DNA from: Mobula birostris
Taxonomy: Eukaryota
Length of the DNA: 64,000 nt
NCBI RefSeq assembly: GCF_030028105.1
Contig: NC_092371.1
Coordinates: forward strand, 14,839,884 to 14,903,883
Direction of reading: 5' to 3'
Shown: positions 11,078 to 24,700 of the stretch, piece by piece
How the letters are laid out: every line of letters begins with the position of its first letter
How positions within the stretch are numbered: position 1 is the stretch's first letter
The notes under the pieces: generated by a model
Databases searched by the model: none
Told to the model about the DNA's origin: nothing
What the model saw: only the letters and a program-made list of their open reading frames with translations
Made by a program: the position numbers and the translations under genes

Positions 11078-14000
11078 GTAACCTGTGGAAACAAGTATAC
11101 CCATTTTACAGATGCTGGGACTCTTCTTCTTCTTCTACCCATCACCCCTACTGGGGCAGAAACACCGAAATCAGCTCGCCAGACTGCAGGCTCGCCAGGG
11201 CCTCTTTTTAAATGTTCCCTTGTGCAGCCCACAAGGTTCTTCCTCTTCCTCTTTTGGTGCTACTGTAGCACTGGAGATTTACGGGATGCGGATGCCCGGC
11301 TTAACAGTGCTTCTTGGGCATCCAGGCTGGAGATCGTAACATGGCGGAGTTTGCTGGTACGCAGATGAGTTGTAGAGAGTCTATAAAGTGCATTCATAAA
11401 TGAGCCTGGAATTTCTGGTACGGTTTGTAGTGAGTAGGTTAGTTTTCAGCTGCAGAGCTGTACGGAAGAGTATAATTTAATTCAATGTACAGGTTTAGGT
11501 GCTTCCAGTCGAACGAATCCACGCAGTCCAATTAGCAATTAACTTGTACGTCCTTAGGATGTAGGAGGAAAACGAAGCACTCGGCGGTAATCCATGCGTT
11601 CACGTACAAACACCTTACAGGAAGCGACGGGGATCGATCCCCGAATCTCACAGCTGGCTCTGTAAAGCGTTCGGTGCGTTAAAGTGCTGCCCTAAAATGG
11701 GGTCGCAACAATGGCAGATGAAGGTTCACGCTCAGAAATTTAAAGAGACGTGTTTTGGAAGCCTAGGAACAGACATAATGAAAGGCAATAGAAAGAAACA
11801 TGGAGACAAGGTGGTGAAGCAAACATACCAAATACTTGTCTTCGGTTTCTATGGCTTAGAATCTAAGAGCCAGGAAGTACCTGCAGTATATTCAAACTAT
11901 GCAGCACATTAACAAGGCCAAAATTCGAGGAGTTTGGTGGGCAAATTCTGGACGTTAAACTACAGCAAGGGCGCGATTGCGTTGGAGAGGATGTAAAGGG
12001 AATTCACTAACTTTGCCTCCTCGAAGTTCTAGAATACTTACTGTCTCATCATAAAAAAAACTCCGTACAAATGTTTAAGATGAGGTCAAGAGAGGTTTTT
12101 AAGGAAGTTTGTAGGTTACCGATGAGGGCTTCTTGGCCCACTTAGTCCGTGCCGAACTATTAATCTGCCAAGTCCCAAGGACGGCAGCCGGAGCATACCC
12201 TCCATTCTTGTATTATCTAAATTTCTCTGAAGTTGTAAAATCAAACCACTTCCGCTCATTCCACACTCCCACCACCCTCTCAGTGAACAAGATCCCTCTT
12301 AATAATTTAACCTCTCACCCTTAACACATGACCTCTCGTTCTAATCTCACCCAACCTCAGGGGAAAATTTTTAACGCCAATGATTTGCTTAGAACAGTAA
12401 CTTAGTAGATGCTGATTTGATCTATCCTACTCTTTTTATGTTTCTATCTCACATCTCACAATACTTCAGCATCCCGTTTTCTGAGATGCGTTTCAAACTG
12501 TAATTCAGTTACAATGGAAAATATCAGAGGTTTTTTGAAATTTTATTCCAACTTTGGTTTATCACTTTAAATCCTGACATTTATTAGGGGTAACAGGGTT
12601 ACAGCGAGTATCAATATTCCCGCAGACAGAGCAGTCCATTCAACCTTTCTGCTCAGACCAGCGTGTAGGATCCAGCTGACCTTCTTGTTCCACCCTGAAT
12701 TCAACCGCTCTGGTTTTCCTTACGTTTTTACCTTCTCTGTGATCCAGCTTTCTCTTGGATTTACTGCATAGAAGAAGACCGCTCTGTCTATCCCCGCCGC
12801 ACCTTTTCGTTATGATTCTCAATATTTCCCCGTGAGAGTAAATTCCCCCTTCTAGTAGCTCCAAATAAGGTATTTTATTTCATGAATCGATTATTTTCGC
12901 AACTATTTTATATTTTCTGCACGCTTGGCTCTTGCCAATTAAACACACTACATTATCTGAAGACAACAATCAGGTGAGATGCAACGCTGTTCAATCATTT
13001 CGCATGTCCACAGAGAGAAGCTAGCTGTTGACCTTTCGTGGTAACTTGCTCTCACTCTTATTCCAGTATGCTAGATGTTTTTGTGTAATATTGAGACTTT
13101 GGAACATTAGTATAACCAAAAGGCTGTGTGTTTGAGCACCGAAGTTAACTCTTTTCTTTAGTTTCCTGCAAATTTCTTTACGCCGCAGACAACTCCGACA
13201 CTCGCGTTTGTAATCACGGTACTTCTTCTGGATACTAATTTCGCAAACTGTACGAGGCTTCCATATCCTGCGCATCAAAACACAATGGTACCTAATGTTT
13301 CGCCAGAAAAGCAGGAAGGAAATCGACAAGCCAATGGTCTTATGAAGTGAAGATTGAGTAGTAGTCAAGAAGAAATTAAACAATGTAGATCAGGTATTTC
13401 TCTGATTAGTAATAGAAAGTAGAACCCTACAGCATGGGTAGCATGGCCCTTTAGCCCACAATGTTGTGCCGACTATTTAAACTATTCTACCCCTTCCTTC
13501 TTATATTGGTCTCTTTTTATTTTAAATCATCATATGCCTATTTAAGTGTGTTTTACCTGTCTCTTACGCATCGGCCTCCGCCACCAACCCGTGCAGCGCA
13601 CACTTAACTCTGTGTAGAAAACCTACCTTTGACATCCTTCTAATGTTTCTCCAATGATCTTAAAATTATACTCCCTGGATAGGTTGCAACTGTTTCATTC
13701 CGGGGTAAGCTAGTCTCTGCAATTAATAGCAGTGTGGTATCTGACTACGGACAGAGCGGTGGTTATTGAAGTGAACGTGTTATCATTGCGGGTACCATAA
13801 TCTGCTCCCGTGCCTGATACTGTGATAGCTTTATTCCGATGCGATTGCATCTTTCATTGCGGGGTACTCCCTTGTACTCCATAGCATCTATATGCCTATA
13901 TATAGCATCCATATAGTTATCACTACATCACACTAGTTATTGCACTCTGTCTGCACCACTTATTTTAGTTAATATAAAATATATATTATAATCATAATTT

Positions 14001-14274
14001 ATAGGTTATAATGTTGCAGGACACATGTCAGTGAGTATAAACCTGTTTCCAAATCTTATTATCCGCCTGTCCTTTTATCCCTCTCCCTCTGTCTTTTGAT
14101 ATGTCGACGGATGCTTAAAGCTTTCAGAAATATTTGTAATTTATGTTCTCGATCTATAATCTGCGACTAACCTCAAATCATGTGTACTTCCTTTGTGAAT
14201 ATATCGTTAGAAATAAAAATTCTGGGATAGAGGTTTTCAAACCTAAAAAAAAACTGTTATTTTTTATCTTGAAG

Positions 14275-14564
14275 ATGCCCATCCCTGCATGTTTGCCTTT
14301 AACTGCATTGTCGGCTGTCCTTTGGCGATTTTACTCCTGCACCCGGTGATGTTCGCTCTGACGAAGGTGCAGGAACCGGCAGTCAGGTCTCGAAATCGTT
14401 CAAACTCCTCATGATTTTTATTGCCATGGTTGACGTTTGTGGGTTCGTTCAGTGGGAAATTTAACGCGAACATTTACTATTAATCTCTTTCCACCTCAGG
14501 CAACAAGAGCGCCCGGATGAACTGTGTAGAAGTGAGACCACGCGGAGAAGGAAATGACGCATGA
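14275..14564 (+). pseudogene. Candidate stalk/TM exon (14275-14386) and terminal cytoplasmic exon (14500-14564) of pseudogene A
   Basis: TTTTATCTTGAAG| DAHPCMFAFNCIVGCPLAILLLHPVMFAL [+1 shift] RRCRNRQS |GTCTCG; then CTCTTTCCACCTCAG| GNKSARMNCVEVRPRGEGNDA*. Phases fit after one frameshift. Confidence 0.45.
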
Positions 14565-14679
14565 ACACATTATTGTTGTTTCGTGTTACTAAGAAAATAG
14601 AACAGCATTGTGCAGCACAGACACAGACACTTCCGCACATAATATTTTGCCAAGCTGATAGAATTAAGGGTTATAAACA

Positions 14680-14940
14680 TACATAGAACATTAAAACCTA
14701 CAGCACAATACAGGCCCTTCGGCCCGCAAAGCTGTGCCGAAGATGTCCTTACCTTAGAACTACCTAGGCGTACCCATAGACCTCTATTTTCCAAAGCTCT
14801 ATGTACCCATCCAGGATTCTCTTAAAAGGCCCTATCGTTTCTGTCTCCACCACCGCCGACGGCAGCCCATTCTACGCACTCACCACTGTCTGCGTAAAAA
14901 ACTTACCTCTGTCATCTCCTCTGTACCTACTTCCAAGCCC
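14680..14940 (-). mobile_element. CR1 LINE 3' end
   Basis: Reverse-complement tail CATAGAAC..ACAGCACAATACAGGCCCTTCGGCCC. Confidence 0.8.
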
Positions 14941-14949
14941 CAATATTTT

Positions 14950-15590
14950 AGCTGCGGTGTCACCACCACCTCGAACTCCATACCCCACCTGATGAAGGTA
15001 AACCTGCTTTTTTCACTATCTCTCTGATTCGGAATGTCATCTAAAACTTCGATGAACTTCGATAGATGCAAGCTGGAAGGTATTCTGACTGGTTGTGTCA
15101 CGGCCTGGTGTGGAAACTCTAATGCCCTTGAACGCAAAGGTCTACAAAATGCAGTGGGCACACAGGGTACATTGCAAGTAAAGCACTCCCCATCTTCGAT
15201 ACATCTACAAGGACCGCACCATTCACGCCATGCTTGCTCGCTGCTGGCATTCGAAAGAGATGCAGGCGCCTCAAGTCCGACACACCAAGGTTCATAAACA
15301 GTTACTATTCTTCAACCATTAGGGTCCGGAATCTCAACATTGAATTGATTCCACAATCTATGTGCTCACTTTCAAGAACTTTACAACTCAATTTGTTTAT
15401 TATATTTATATATTTTTCTCTTGTTTTTTGGTGTGGCACAATTTGATGCCGTTTGCAAATTGATTGCTTGTTTCACTTTGTTTCTGTGCAGGTTCAGACT
15501 GGGTTTATTGTTTACCTTTTATTTAATGGATCTCAGGGTCGTATATACGACCATATATATGTATACTTTGTAAATAAAGTTACTTTGAAC
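14950..15590 (+). mobile_element. Rex1/Babar-like LINE C-terminal fragment
   Basis: ORF 15034-15297: LEGILTGCVTAWCGNSNALERKGLQ, then SDTPRFINSYY. Confidence 0.75.
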
Positions 15591-17959
15591 TTTGTGTTTG
15601 GTACTGTGTTGCCATGTTCATAGAATTATAGCTTGTGCTCCTGTGTGTCTTTATTTTACAACACCCTCCGGGCCGTGATACGTACTCTGTAAATTCTACC
15701 CTGGTTCAATTTTTCCACAACGGAGAAGCGGGCAAAAAAAACATTGAGGACATTAACCGTCTGGAAAACTGCCCTTACAAAGTGCTCCCTTCTGGAAAGC
15801 GCTATATGGCTATTAAACAAAAACCTCACACAATCTTACAAACCCCCGCTCAAGACATTTAATCTAATCAATCATTCCAATTAGCACCACTAACTGGGGG
15901 ACTAGCATGTATGACAGATTTTTGCACCTTTTATTCGATGTCTTTACTTTTAACTTTCATTTTATTTTAAACTTTATTCTCTATAGTCCTTGAATGTTGT
16001 CGTCTTTTGTTGGATGTACATGTTTATGGCGACTGCAATTGAGCCTTACTGCTTTCTAAAGGGCATCACCGCACTCTTTTCATTTACATTTCACCTGCCT
16101 TTCATTTGCCCACTTTTCGTTGATCTCGATCCTGATAAAGCCTTAGGCAACTTACCTCAATTTCAATCACACTGCAAATGCCATCTGCCTTCTTATCCAA
16201 ACCAATTATATGACACACAGCAGAAGGAGCAGAACTAATCCCCGCTGCATACCACTTTTCACAGTATTCCGGTCTGAATAACAGCTCTTTCCAACTCCTT
16301 CCATCAAGTCTATTTCGTATCCAGTTGGCTATTTCTTTCTGGGCCCTTCGTGATTTCACCTTCCAAATCAGTCCACCACGCAACAATTACTGAATGATGT
16401 TTCAAAAATTAAATGACAAATACAGTTACTGAATTCATTTGCAAAATATGTAAGGCTCATTTTAATGGAATAGTTTTAAATGTGTAATAAAAATTACAGA
16501 GTATGCGATGTGAAAACACTTGCTGTGGCAGTGGTATCGGTAATGGTAGTACCACGCACTCCGGTATTCCATTATTGCTTCTTCAGGTTTTTTTGCACTG
16601 GCTAGATTACACTTCTCAAGAACGAGAATCAGAATCGGATTTAATATCACAGCAGACAGATGTCTTGAATTTGGTTGTTTTGCGGCATTATTGAAATGCA
16701 ACACTTTAAAAAAAACTATGTTACAATAAAATATATTTTAAAATTAAATTAAATAAGTCGTGCAGATAAAGCGCAAAAATAGTGAGATAGTGGTTATGGG
16801 ATGGTTAATTGATTATGGTGGGGAATTAAGTGTGTCGGTCAATTGTTGTACCTCCTCCCTCTTTGTAGCATTTTCCCGTGCTAAACGGCATTTTTCAATA
16901 ATTGATCCACTCGTTTAAGATACGCTTAACAGTCTTTGCCTCTTCAGGGCTTTTTCAGAACTTACTTTTCTCACTACCTTGGTTCCCTAAGGAATTTGTA
17001 AAGCATTTTTCTACGTCATTTATGTTAATTTTAACAAGTTGACATTCTAACACCAATCATCTTGGTACCATTTTTGTTACGTTCGTTACTTCTAATTACA
17101 TCTGAAGTATGTCCACATCCCAGAATGCACAACTTAATTCACTTATCTCGAAAACACCATGGCCATCATCCCCTCCGAATACAAAGACATCCCTTCAGTA
17201 CAGAGATAAGGAAGAATTCATTTAGCCAAAGAGTAGAGGTTGACAGGGCGTCAAACGTTACGGGAGGGTCTGGCGGGTGGCAGGATAATAGAGTTGTGAA
17301 GGATAATAAATTAGCCATGCTGGAATGGTGGAGAAGATTTAATGGGTCGAATGGCCTAATTCTGCTTCTATGTCTTGTGGTCTTATAGTAATATCCTTGC
17401 TTCTTCACCTCACTCCCAAAAGCCGATTCTGAGGATTCTTTGTGGAAGCTTTTCAGCACTGAAGCGAATCAGAATTTAATCGTACTGTAGAAGAAGGTTG
17501 ATGGGGCGTCCGGTCTTCTCCTATCCCCGTGACATTCGGCGGTGCTCTCCGTTTTCACTCGCAGTCTACCTACGCTGGTCTGATTTTTAAAGCGGGCTCG
17601 ACAGCGAGAGATCAGGCGGAAGAGAAGATTTTGCAATCCGGATATGACGTGCAGTAGCAGGTCTCCTTTCGGGAAAGGCTGTCAGTTCCAGTTGCATTCA
17701 CACGCAGCAGATTTTCTGACCTCCCGGGAGTCATGCTCAAGTGTGTGTCAATGCAATACAGAGGACATGTATGTCTTTCCCAGTGTCTGCATACTTACGT
17801 ACGCTAAACAACGTTAAGCAATTTCAAACATACCCAGTTGAGAAACTACCCGTCCTGCCCTATATACTAGCTCTTGGGACATCATCTCGCACTATCTCCT
17901 CCGAGAAATTTATCCGACTCTTTTGCAAACCACATTCCAAGAGGAGATGGAGTAAAGAT

Positions 17960-18340
17960 ATGGGAAGTTTATTGGTGACAGAGACACGGGACTTGAGAAG
18001 GGTGAGTCTGATAATAGAGAACAGAGGTCATGAAAGAAAGAAAAGAGGGGAGGAGCACCAGAGGTAGTGGTGGTGATAGGCAGGCAAGGAGATAAGAGGA
18101 TAGAGGAAAAGGGAGATGGGGAATGGTGAAGAAGAGGGGATGGGCGTTATCGGAAGTTCGAGAAATCGATGCTCATGCATCAGGTTGGAGTCTACCCAGA
18201 TGGAATCCAAGAAGTTGCTCCTCCAACCTGAGTGTCGTCTCTTCGCGACAGTAGAGGAGGCCATGGGTCGACATATCGGAATGCGAAAAGGAAGTTTAGT
18301 GAAGATGGGTGAATTATCTAAAAGAGAATTTAACTTTAAC
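17960..18340 (-). mobile_element. Penelope-like element C-terminal (GIY-YIG end) fragment
   Basis: Minus strand reads TLRLEEQLLGFHLGRLQPDA.SIDFSNFR*, like PLE C-termini, followed by pyrimidine-rich 3' sequence. Confidence 0.65.
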
Positions 18341-20469
18341 TTTAATCCTCTACGGAAATTCTGCTTGATATAATTCAAGAACTTTAAGAAGGCATCAGTC
18401 ACAATGTACAATAAAACAGACTGAATAACTAGACTGCATTGCATTTTTGATTCCACGCGTTGCTGTTAAAAAATGCAGAGGAGGCCTGACCCCAAAGCAA
18501 AGCCATGGAGGCAATTAAGCGATGAATGATAACTTTGCTAATAGACCGCAAAATAACAAGCCTCATGGGGCCACAAAACCACAGAAAACAAGCTACAGCC
18601 AACAAGCTACAGGCAACAAGGTCTGCTTTAGCTAGGAGGAGTGAAAACTAGGAGCAACTGGATAAGATGGGTTCGATGAGAGAACAAGGACTGTGGATGA
18701 GAACTGTGGATAAATAAAGTACAGATGAGGAGACTGGAAAGAGTGACAGGTGAACCCAGTGAACTAGGTGAAACAAATGCAAGGTGTCTGCGCGTGCAGT
18801 CCTGGCAGTTGAATGGGTTACCCAGCTGCAACTGCGCAAAGGCACAGCAAAAATTTACAGGTCAAAAATTTGCGGTTAGAACTCTGACAAATGATTCAAG
18901 GGCCAGATCTGAAACAGACTAAGTTCAATGTCGACTGGTACTTAACATCCTGTAAACTCGCGTTCCCAGTCCAGGGCTTAAAGAATGCATTCTTCTGGCG
19001 TGAAATTCTCGTAATGCCAATCTGGACAGAGGTTAATTTACCATTGAAATTTTGTAAAGGATTGTGTAAAGACACGTTACTTCAGTCTGCAAGGACAACT
19101 AAAGTTGACATGCCGTCTTCTTATTGCTACCATCAAGAACGACACATAGGAGTAGGAAAAGACATGCAACGTTTCAGCAACAGATAGTTTCCTTCTGCCA
19201 ATGATTTCTGAATGGACAGTGAAGCCATCACGCTACCTCAGTATTTTCCCTCTCTTTTGTGCGATGGATTTAAATTAATGTTTATATCTACTAATTGTAA
19301 TTTATAGTTTTTTTATTATTATATTTTGCAATTTACTACTGCCGCAAATCAACATGTGGTGATAATATTAAACCCGATTATGATTCTCAGTTTGATAACT
19401 CAGCCAATTCAAACCCTAACCACCAGTGCTCGCTTTGACAAAGGAAACTCTGAGGTGCGGAGGTGAAGGGCAGCCCACAACCAAGAGCGGGGAAAGAAGA
19501 GGGGAGACGTTAAGGGGGAATGGGCGAGGGGACGGAGGGTATTTGAAGCTACCAAAAATAGTGGATTCACGATACTGGTCTCCAATTGAAATGATGAGAA
19601 CTTCCTCTGCTTCAGAAGGCACAGAGTCAAATGCTTACACAATGAAACATATTTCGCAAGAAAGGCAAGAAACCCAGTTTGATTACAGTCAGTCGACACA
19701 CTGCTCCAGATCTAAAAGTATTTGCCAGACTTATGGTAAGGTTGGGATGATTCACTTCAAGTTCAAGTGCAATTTACTGTCCTCCAAACTTACGCAAGTA
19801 TACAGCCAAATAAAAAGGCTTTCCTCCGGGTCACAATGCGTCACCATACAGTACACAGAACTCCCACACGACACATGCAATGATATTACCACAAATAAAA
19901 CAAATCCCAACAGACTGACATTTTGTCAATCTTCACTTCAGCAGCGATTCCCAAAACGCGATGCGATGTTTCCCTTCAGCCGAGGCTACGTGTGGTGCTA
20001 ATGATAAGGCAAGGGTATCATGTTTGACCCAGAATATGGATGTAGGGGGAAATCTGTAGGGGTTGCGCAGTTTTCTCCTGGTGGAGCTCAGTTGCATGAT
20101 GGGTGTGAGGAAGCCATTCGCAATGATCCGTCTACCCCCTGTTCCATTCATATACAGAGTTAATAAAGATGGTGCTGCATCAGATTTAATGAAGCAGTTA
20201 TTCCGACATTCTTTGCCGTTTGCACCAGAGAATCATATGTTTCCTCCAGTCTCTGATACAAAGGATTCCTTAACTTCACTCCTGGAACCCTGTTTCGGCC
20301 TCCTTCTGATAGAGGCTGCCGACCAGTAGGAGGTTTCTTTTTTTTTTTAACCGCCATTAATATATTTAAAATCCAGTAAATAATTCTTTACTCTTCTAAC
20401 TGCAACGTTATTTTTTAAATGCTGAAGGGAACCGGAAGGTCGTACAGAAACTTCAAACCCAATTTGAGG

Positions 20470-21000
20470 AACGCTTCTCGGAAAGTAGCTCAGGTATTCG
20501 GTCAGACTACACTTGGTGTATTGTGAGCAGTTTTCGGCCTCTTATCTAGTAAAGTATGTTTTGGCAGACAGAGTTAACTGGAATAATAACGGGAATGAAA
20601 TGATGGCTGGAGTTTTGGAGAATGAAGAGAGATCTCAGTGAAGCATGTTGAACAAAGGTCTAGCTGCAGTGCATGTGGAGAGGATGTTTCCTATAGTGGG
20701 GAAATGTAAGAGCAAAGACACAGCATCAGAATAGAAGGACGTCTCTTTAAAGCAGAGAAGCAGAGATATTTATTTATCTCGAGGGTGGTGAATTTGTGGA
20801 ATTCATTACCACAGACAGCTGTGAAGGCCAAATTGTGCGTATACGTAAAGCGGAGTGTGATAGTTTCTTGATCAGTAAGGATGTCAAAGGAAGGCAGAAG
20901 AATAGTTCTGAAAGGGATAGGAAATCGCCAACGATGGAGTAACACAGCCAACCCGGTGGTCTGAATGGCCTAACATTTTCCTATGCCATGTAGTCTAATG
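20470..21000 (+). mobile_element. CR1 LINE RT 3' fragment
   Basis: GAGTATTGTGAGCAGTTTTCGG..; GTGGTGAATTTGTGGAATTCATTACCACAG; GAATGGCCTAA 3' region. Confidence 0.75.
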
Positions 21001-21683
21001 GTTTATGGTCTAAAAAGACTCTGTATTCCCTGAAAGGCCAATGAAGCCTTTATTGGATGTGGGCGAAGAATTTCTCCAAATCCTTCGAGAATTTGCCAAG
21101 TAGCGGTTTCCACACGTTCAAGATTCAAGAGTCAAGATTGTTTATTGTCATTCTGCAGCATACGACTTTATAAATAGGACAAAATGATTGCTGCTCTGGA
21201 TCCGTCGCAGCGCAAAAGACACAATAAGCACAGTTAGCACAATACACGCACAAAGAAGCACAAAAACTATAAAGGCAATCCTAATAAACATAATGTACAA
21301 TAACTGATTGAACTGCAGCGTAAGTTGTACTCAGAAGTGGAATAACCTCGAAAATTGTAATTGATCAATACAAAGCCATTCTTTTTAATCATATTCCAGT
21401 ACATTTGAATCATACAAAAGAAAAAAAATCGAAACAACTCCGAGGGAAGTTTTGAGATTAGAGAATGCAAATTATGCAGAAAGCGGCTGTTCTTCACTTA
21501 AGGCTTAGAATATGCCTTCATCGCGACATCAATGTTAGTCCAACATTTTATTCCCATAACAAATGAGCGCGTACAATTTTTGTCAATCGCGGAGCGTCAA
21601 GTCTTGAGTCGTTCAGACGTTAGTGTGACCCCAGATTCGGTCAAATACTCCGTAATCCATCCAAGCAGAAACAAGCCAGGTTC

Positions 21684-21746
21684 TCATCTGCGGTGAGAGG
21701 ATGATACAGCGAAGTCGAGCGAGGGGTAAAGAATCGGCGCTTGGGT
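21684..21746 (-). CDS. Gene B terminal exon with ITIM (ILYPSL)
   Basis: GGTACACATTCCAG| phase 0: TQAPILYPSLDFAVSSSHRR*; fits (I/V/L/S)xYxx(L/V). In frame only if the TM-exon frameshift is corrected. Confidence 0.7.
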   Translation of the reverse strand, partial: TQAPILYPSLDFAVSSSHRR

Positions 21747-24700
21747 CTGGAATGTGTACCAAACATTGACAATTAAAATTATCGCAGCATAACCTCCCGT
21801 TGTTCAACAGAGTAACGAGTGTGCTAACTTTCCTCTACGTGACACCTACTTAAATAACTCCAGCAGATTACTAAACTATGGCTTATGTTTCATAATTTCC
21901 TGATGACTCAGTTCATGCCATCACTTTTTAGTACACAATCCCAAACATCAAGTTTGCGAATCTTAGAACGGAGTTCAAACAACGTCCGTACCTGAGCCGC
22001 ACTGCTGTGTCCCTGGCGCGTCGCTGATTGACGATGTGTACCTGTGCATAAAAAGAATATGAATTAGAACTATTATCTGGCCAATTTATAATTAATCGCA
22101 TAAATGTGTTATATGTCATAAATCCCAAATATGACAATTGACACCAATATACCAGTTAATCGGTCTATGCTAATAGTTTCTAATTATTTCGCATTCACCA
22201 ATTGCTCTCAGATGTGTCGTCACTTTCTTATTCATTATCCAATAAGACAATGACTTCCAAAATGAGAATAGTTCCCAAATACACAGGCGAACCCGTCTTG
22301 GAATCGTATACATTAATGAAAGCATAATATTTAAGGATTCCCAAGTTCGTAAAGCCTACAGGAGGCTTAGATGGGGCATGATCTCTTCAATACACTCACG
22401 AGGAGATAACGAAACGTGATAAGACCATAAAATATGGGAGCAAAATTAGGCCAATCGGCCCATCGAATCTGCTCCACCATTCCGTCATATCTGATCCTGC
22501 ATACCACTCAATCCCATACACCTGCCTTCTCGTCATAAACTTTGATGTACTGACTTATCTGGAAACTATCAACTTTCACTGTAAATATACACACGGTCTT
22601 GGCTTACACAGGTATCTGCGGCAGAGCATTCCACAGATTCACTATTTTCTAGCTAAAATAACTCATCCTTACCTTTGTTGCCCTCAGTTTTGAGGCTTTG
22701 CCCTCTAGTTCTGGACCCTCACGATAAAAAAAATCATCTTCACATCCAACTTGTCTCGTCATTTCAAGTTTCTGTAGGTTTCAATAACATCCCCCATTCT
22801 CCTAAACTCCAAAGCCGCCAAACGCTCCTCATATGTTAACCTTTTTTTTATTCTCGGAATTATCCTCATAAAACTCCTCTGGATTCTCTTTAATGGCACA
22901 GCTCTTTATTTCTTGAATGCATCAACGAGGAGATATTGAAACATTATATGATGACTCGAATTGGTCCTAGGTTTGGGAACGCAATATCCGATTGTCTTAA
23001 GATAGATACAGATAAGGATTATTCGGCAAATAGTATGTTTGCATTTTTTTGGTAAGGATGTTGAGTATAAGAGTATGGAAGTCATGCTGCATCGATATAA
23101 AGCCCTGGCCAGACCGCAGCCGGAGTATTGAGTGCATTTCCCGTTACCCCATTACAGAAAAACTGCGCAGAGCGCGCAGCAGAGATGTACAATGATGCTG
23201 TCCGGGTTAGTGGCATGAACTATAAGTAAATGTTGGACATATTTGAGTTGTTGTACAATACAAAAAAAAATCAAAAACACAATAAAACACCAGCACCTGC
23301 AAGACAATCCATGCGGAAAATGCCAAGAGAAACCAGAAGCAATTCAACATATCGCAGGATCCTGCCGCAGTTTAACTCAATGGGTTACTTACACAGGCAA
23401 AATCAACTGGAAAGCATCATTTACCAAAATTCTTGCTACGAAATACAATCTTATGAAAGACACAACACTTTACTATAAATAGAAGCCTTATCCATTTTAG
23501 AGTCAGTGTCCTGCAAATTATATTATGATATATCCCTCATTACCGATGGAGCAATCCATAATTACCGTCCGGATACAACATTACAGGGCAAACAAGCAAG
23601 AACAACTTACTCAACAGATATAGTCATTCGAAACATACGTAACATACAACACTCAATGAGCGAAAATCCCCAGATGCACACTGAATTAAAAGAAGAAATT
23701 GAAAGTCTATGGAACATGAACAGGGAATAAATACATTGCTCCGATAGTAATATCTACGAATAGCACCAACTCAATGTCACTATACAATAGCGTTAAAGTT
23801 TAGGCACACAAAACAGCATTTATGTAAATGCTAAGAAAGCCGCAATACTGAATGCCATTTGGAGTCCGAAAGTTCGAAGAAATTGAGAAATGTGTGTGTT
23901 TGTCTATGCCTATACCTCATATTTTACCAGCTTGAACCGACCGGGGAAAAAAAAATACTAATAAGAGCTCAATGGTAAAAATGTCATGATCACTGTCATT
24001 ATGTGCTGTGTGATGCCCAGACATTATCAATACTCTTCAGAGAATGTCTGCCTGCTGTCAGTGGTTGCATAACCAGGATTGGTGATGTGCACCAGCTACT
24101 CATACAACCACCCTCCACCTAGTTCCATGGCTTCATGTAACCCTGATCGAGGTTGGGGGGGGGGCGGCTAAGCAGGTGCTACACCTTGTTTAACGGTTAC
24201 CTGCAAACTAGAGGAGGTGATGATCACCTTAAAACAGGGACATTCCAACACGTTACAGGATGCTGCAGCAGTTTAACTCTATCTAACTACCTACACAGGC
24301 ACAATCAAATGCGAAGCATCATGCACCAAAATCGTGCTGTAGAATCCTAGCTCATAAAAGACATTGTAACTTACCACAAGTGCAAGCCTGATTCAGTTTC
24401 AGAGTCAGTGCTTCAAATTATATTTTGTCCAAATAAGAGAAAATCTGCAGATGGTGGAAATCAAAGTAATACACAAAACATGCTGATGAAAGATGATGGA
24501 ATATAGACTGTTTACTATTTTCCATAGATGCTGCCTGGCCTGCGGAGTTCCTCCAGTATTTTGTCTGTATTGCTATGTTATGACCTATCTTTTATTATTG
24601 ATAAAACAATCCATTATAACTTGCAGAATATAATATTACAGGATAAACAAGTGATAAAAACGTATTTGAAAGATATAGACATTGCAAACACAGAAAGCAT

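Noticed and set aside
12659-13390. Hydrophobic stretch (12.66-12.8 kb) and ISCASKHNGT (13.26 kb) as TM or C1 remnants of pseudogene A
   Set aside because: Needs several assumed frameshifts, lacks the C1 tryptophan spacing, and the TM-before-C1 order is inconsistent; not supportable by eye.
19426-20001. 191-aa plus-strand ORF
   Set aside because: No recognisable domain or splice structure; overlaps probable repeat-derived sequence.
21617-21696. Plus-strand mini-exon DVSVTPDSVKYSVI with an ITIM-like VKYSVI
   Set aside because: Weak acceptor, and it overlaps or abuts the antisense of the better supported, phase-compatible minus-strand ITIM exon; treated as coincidence.
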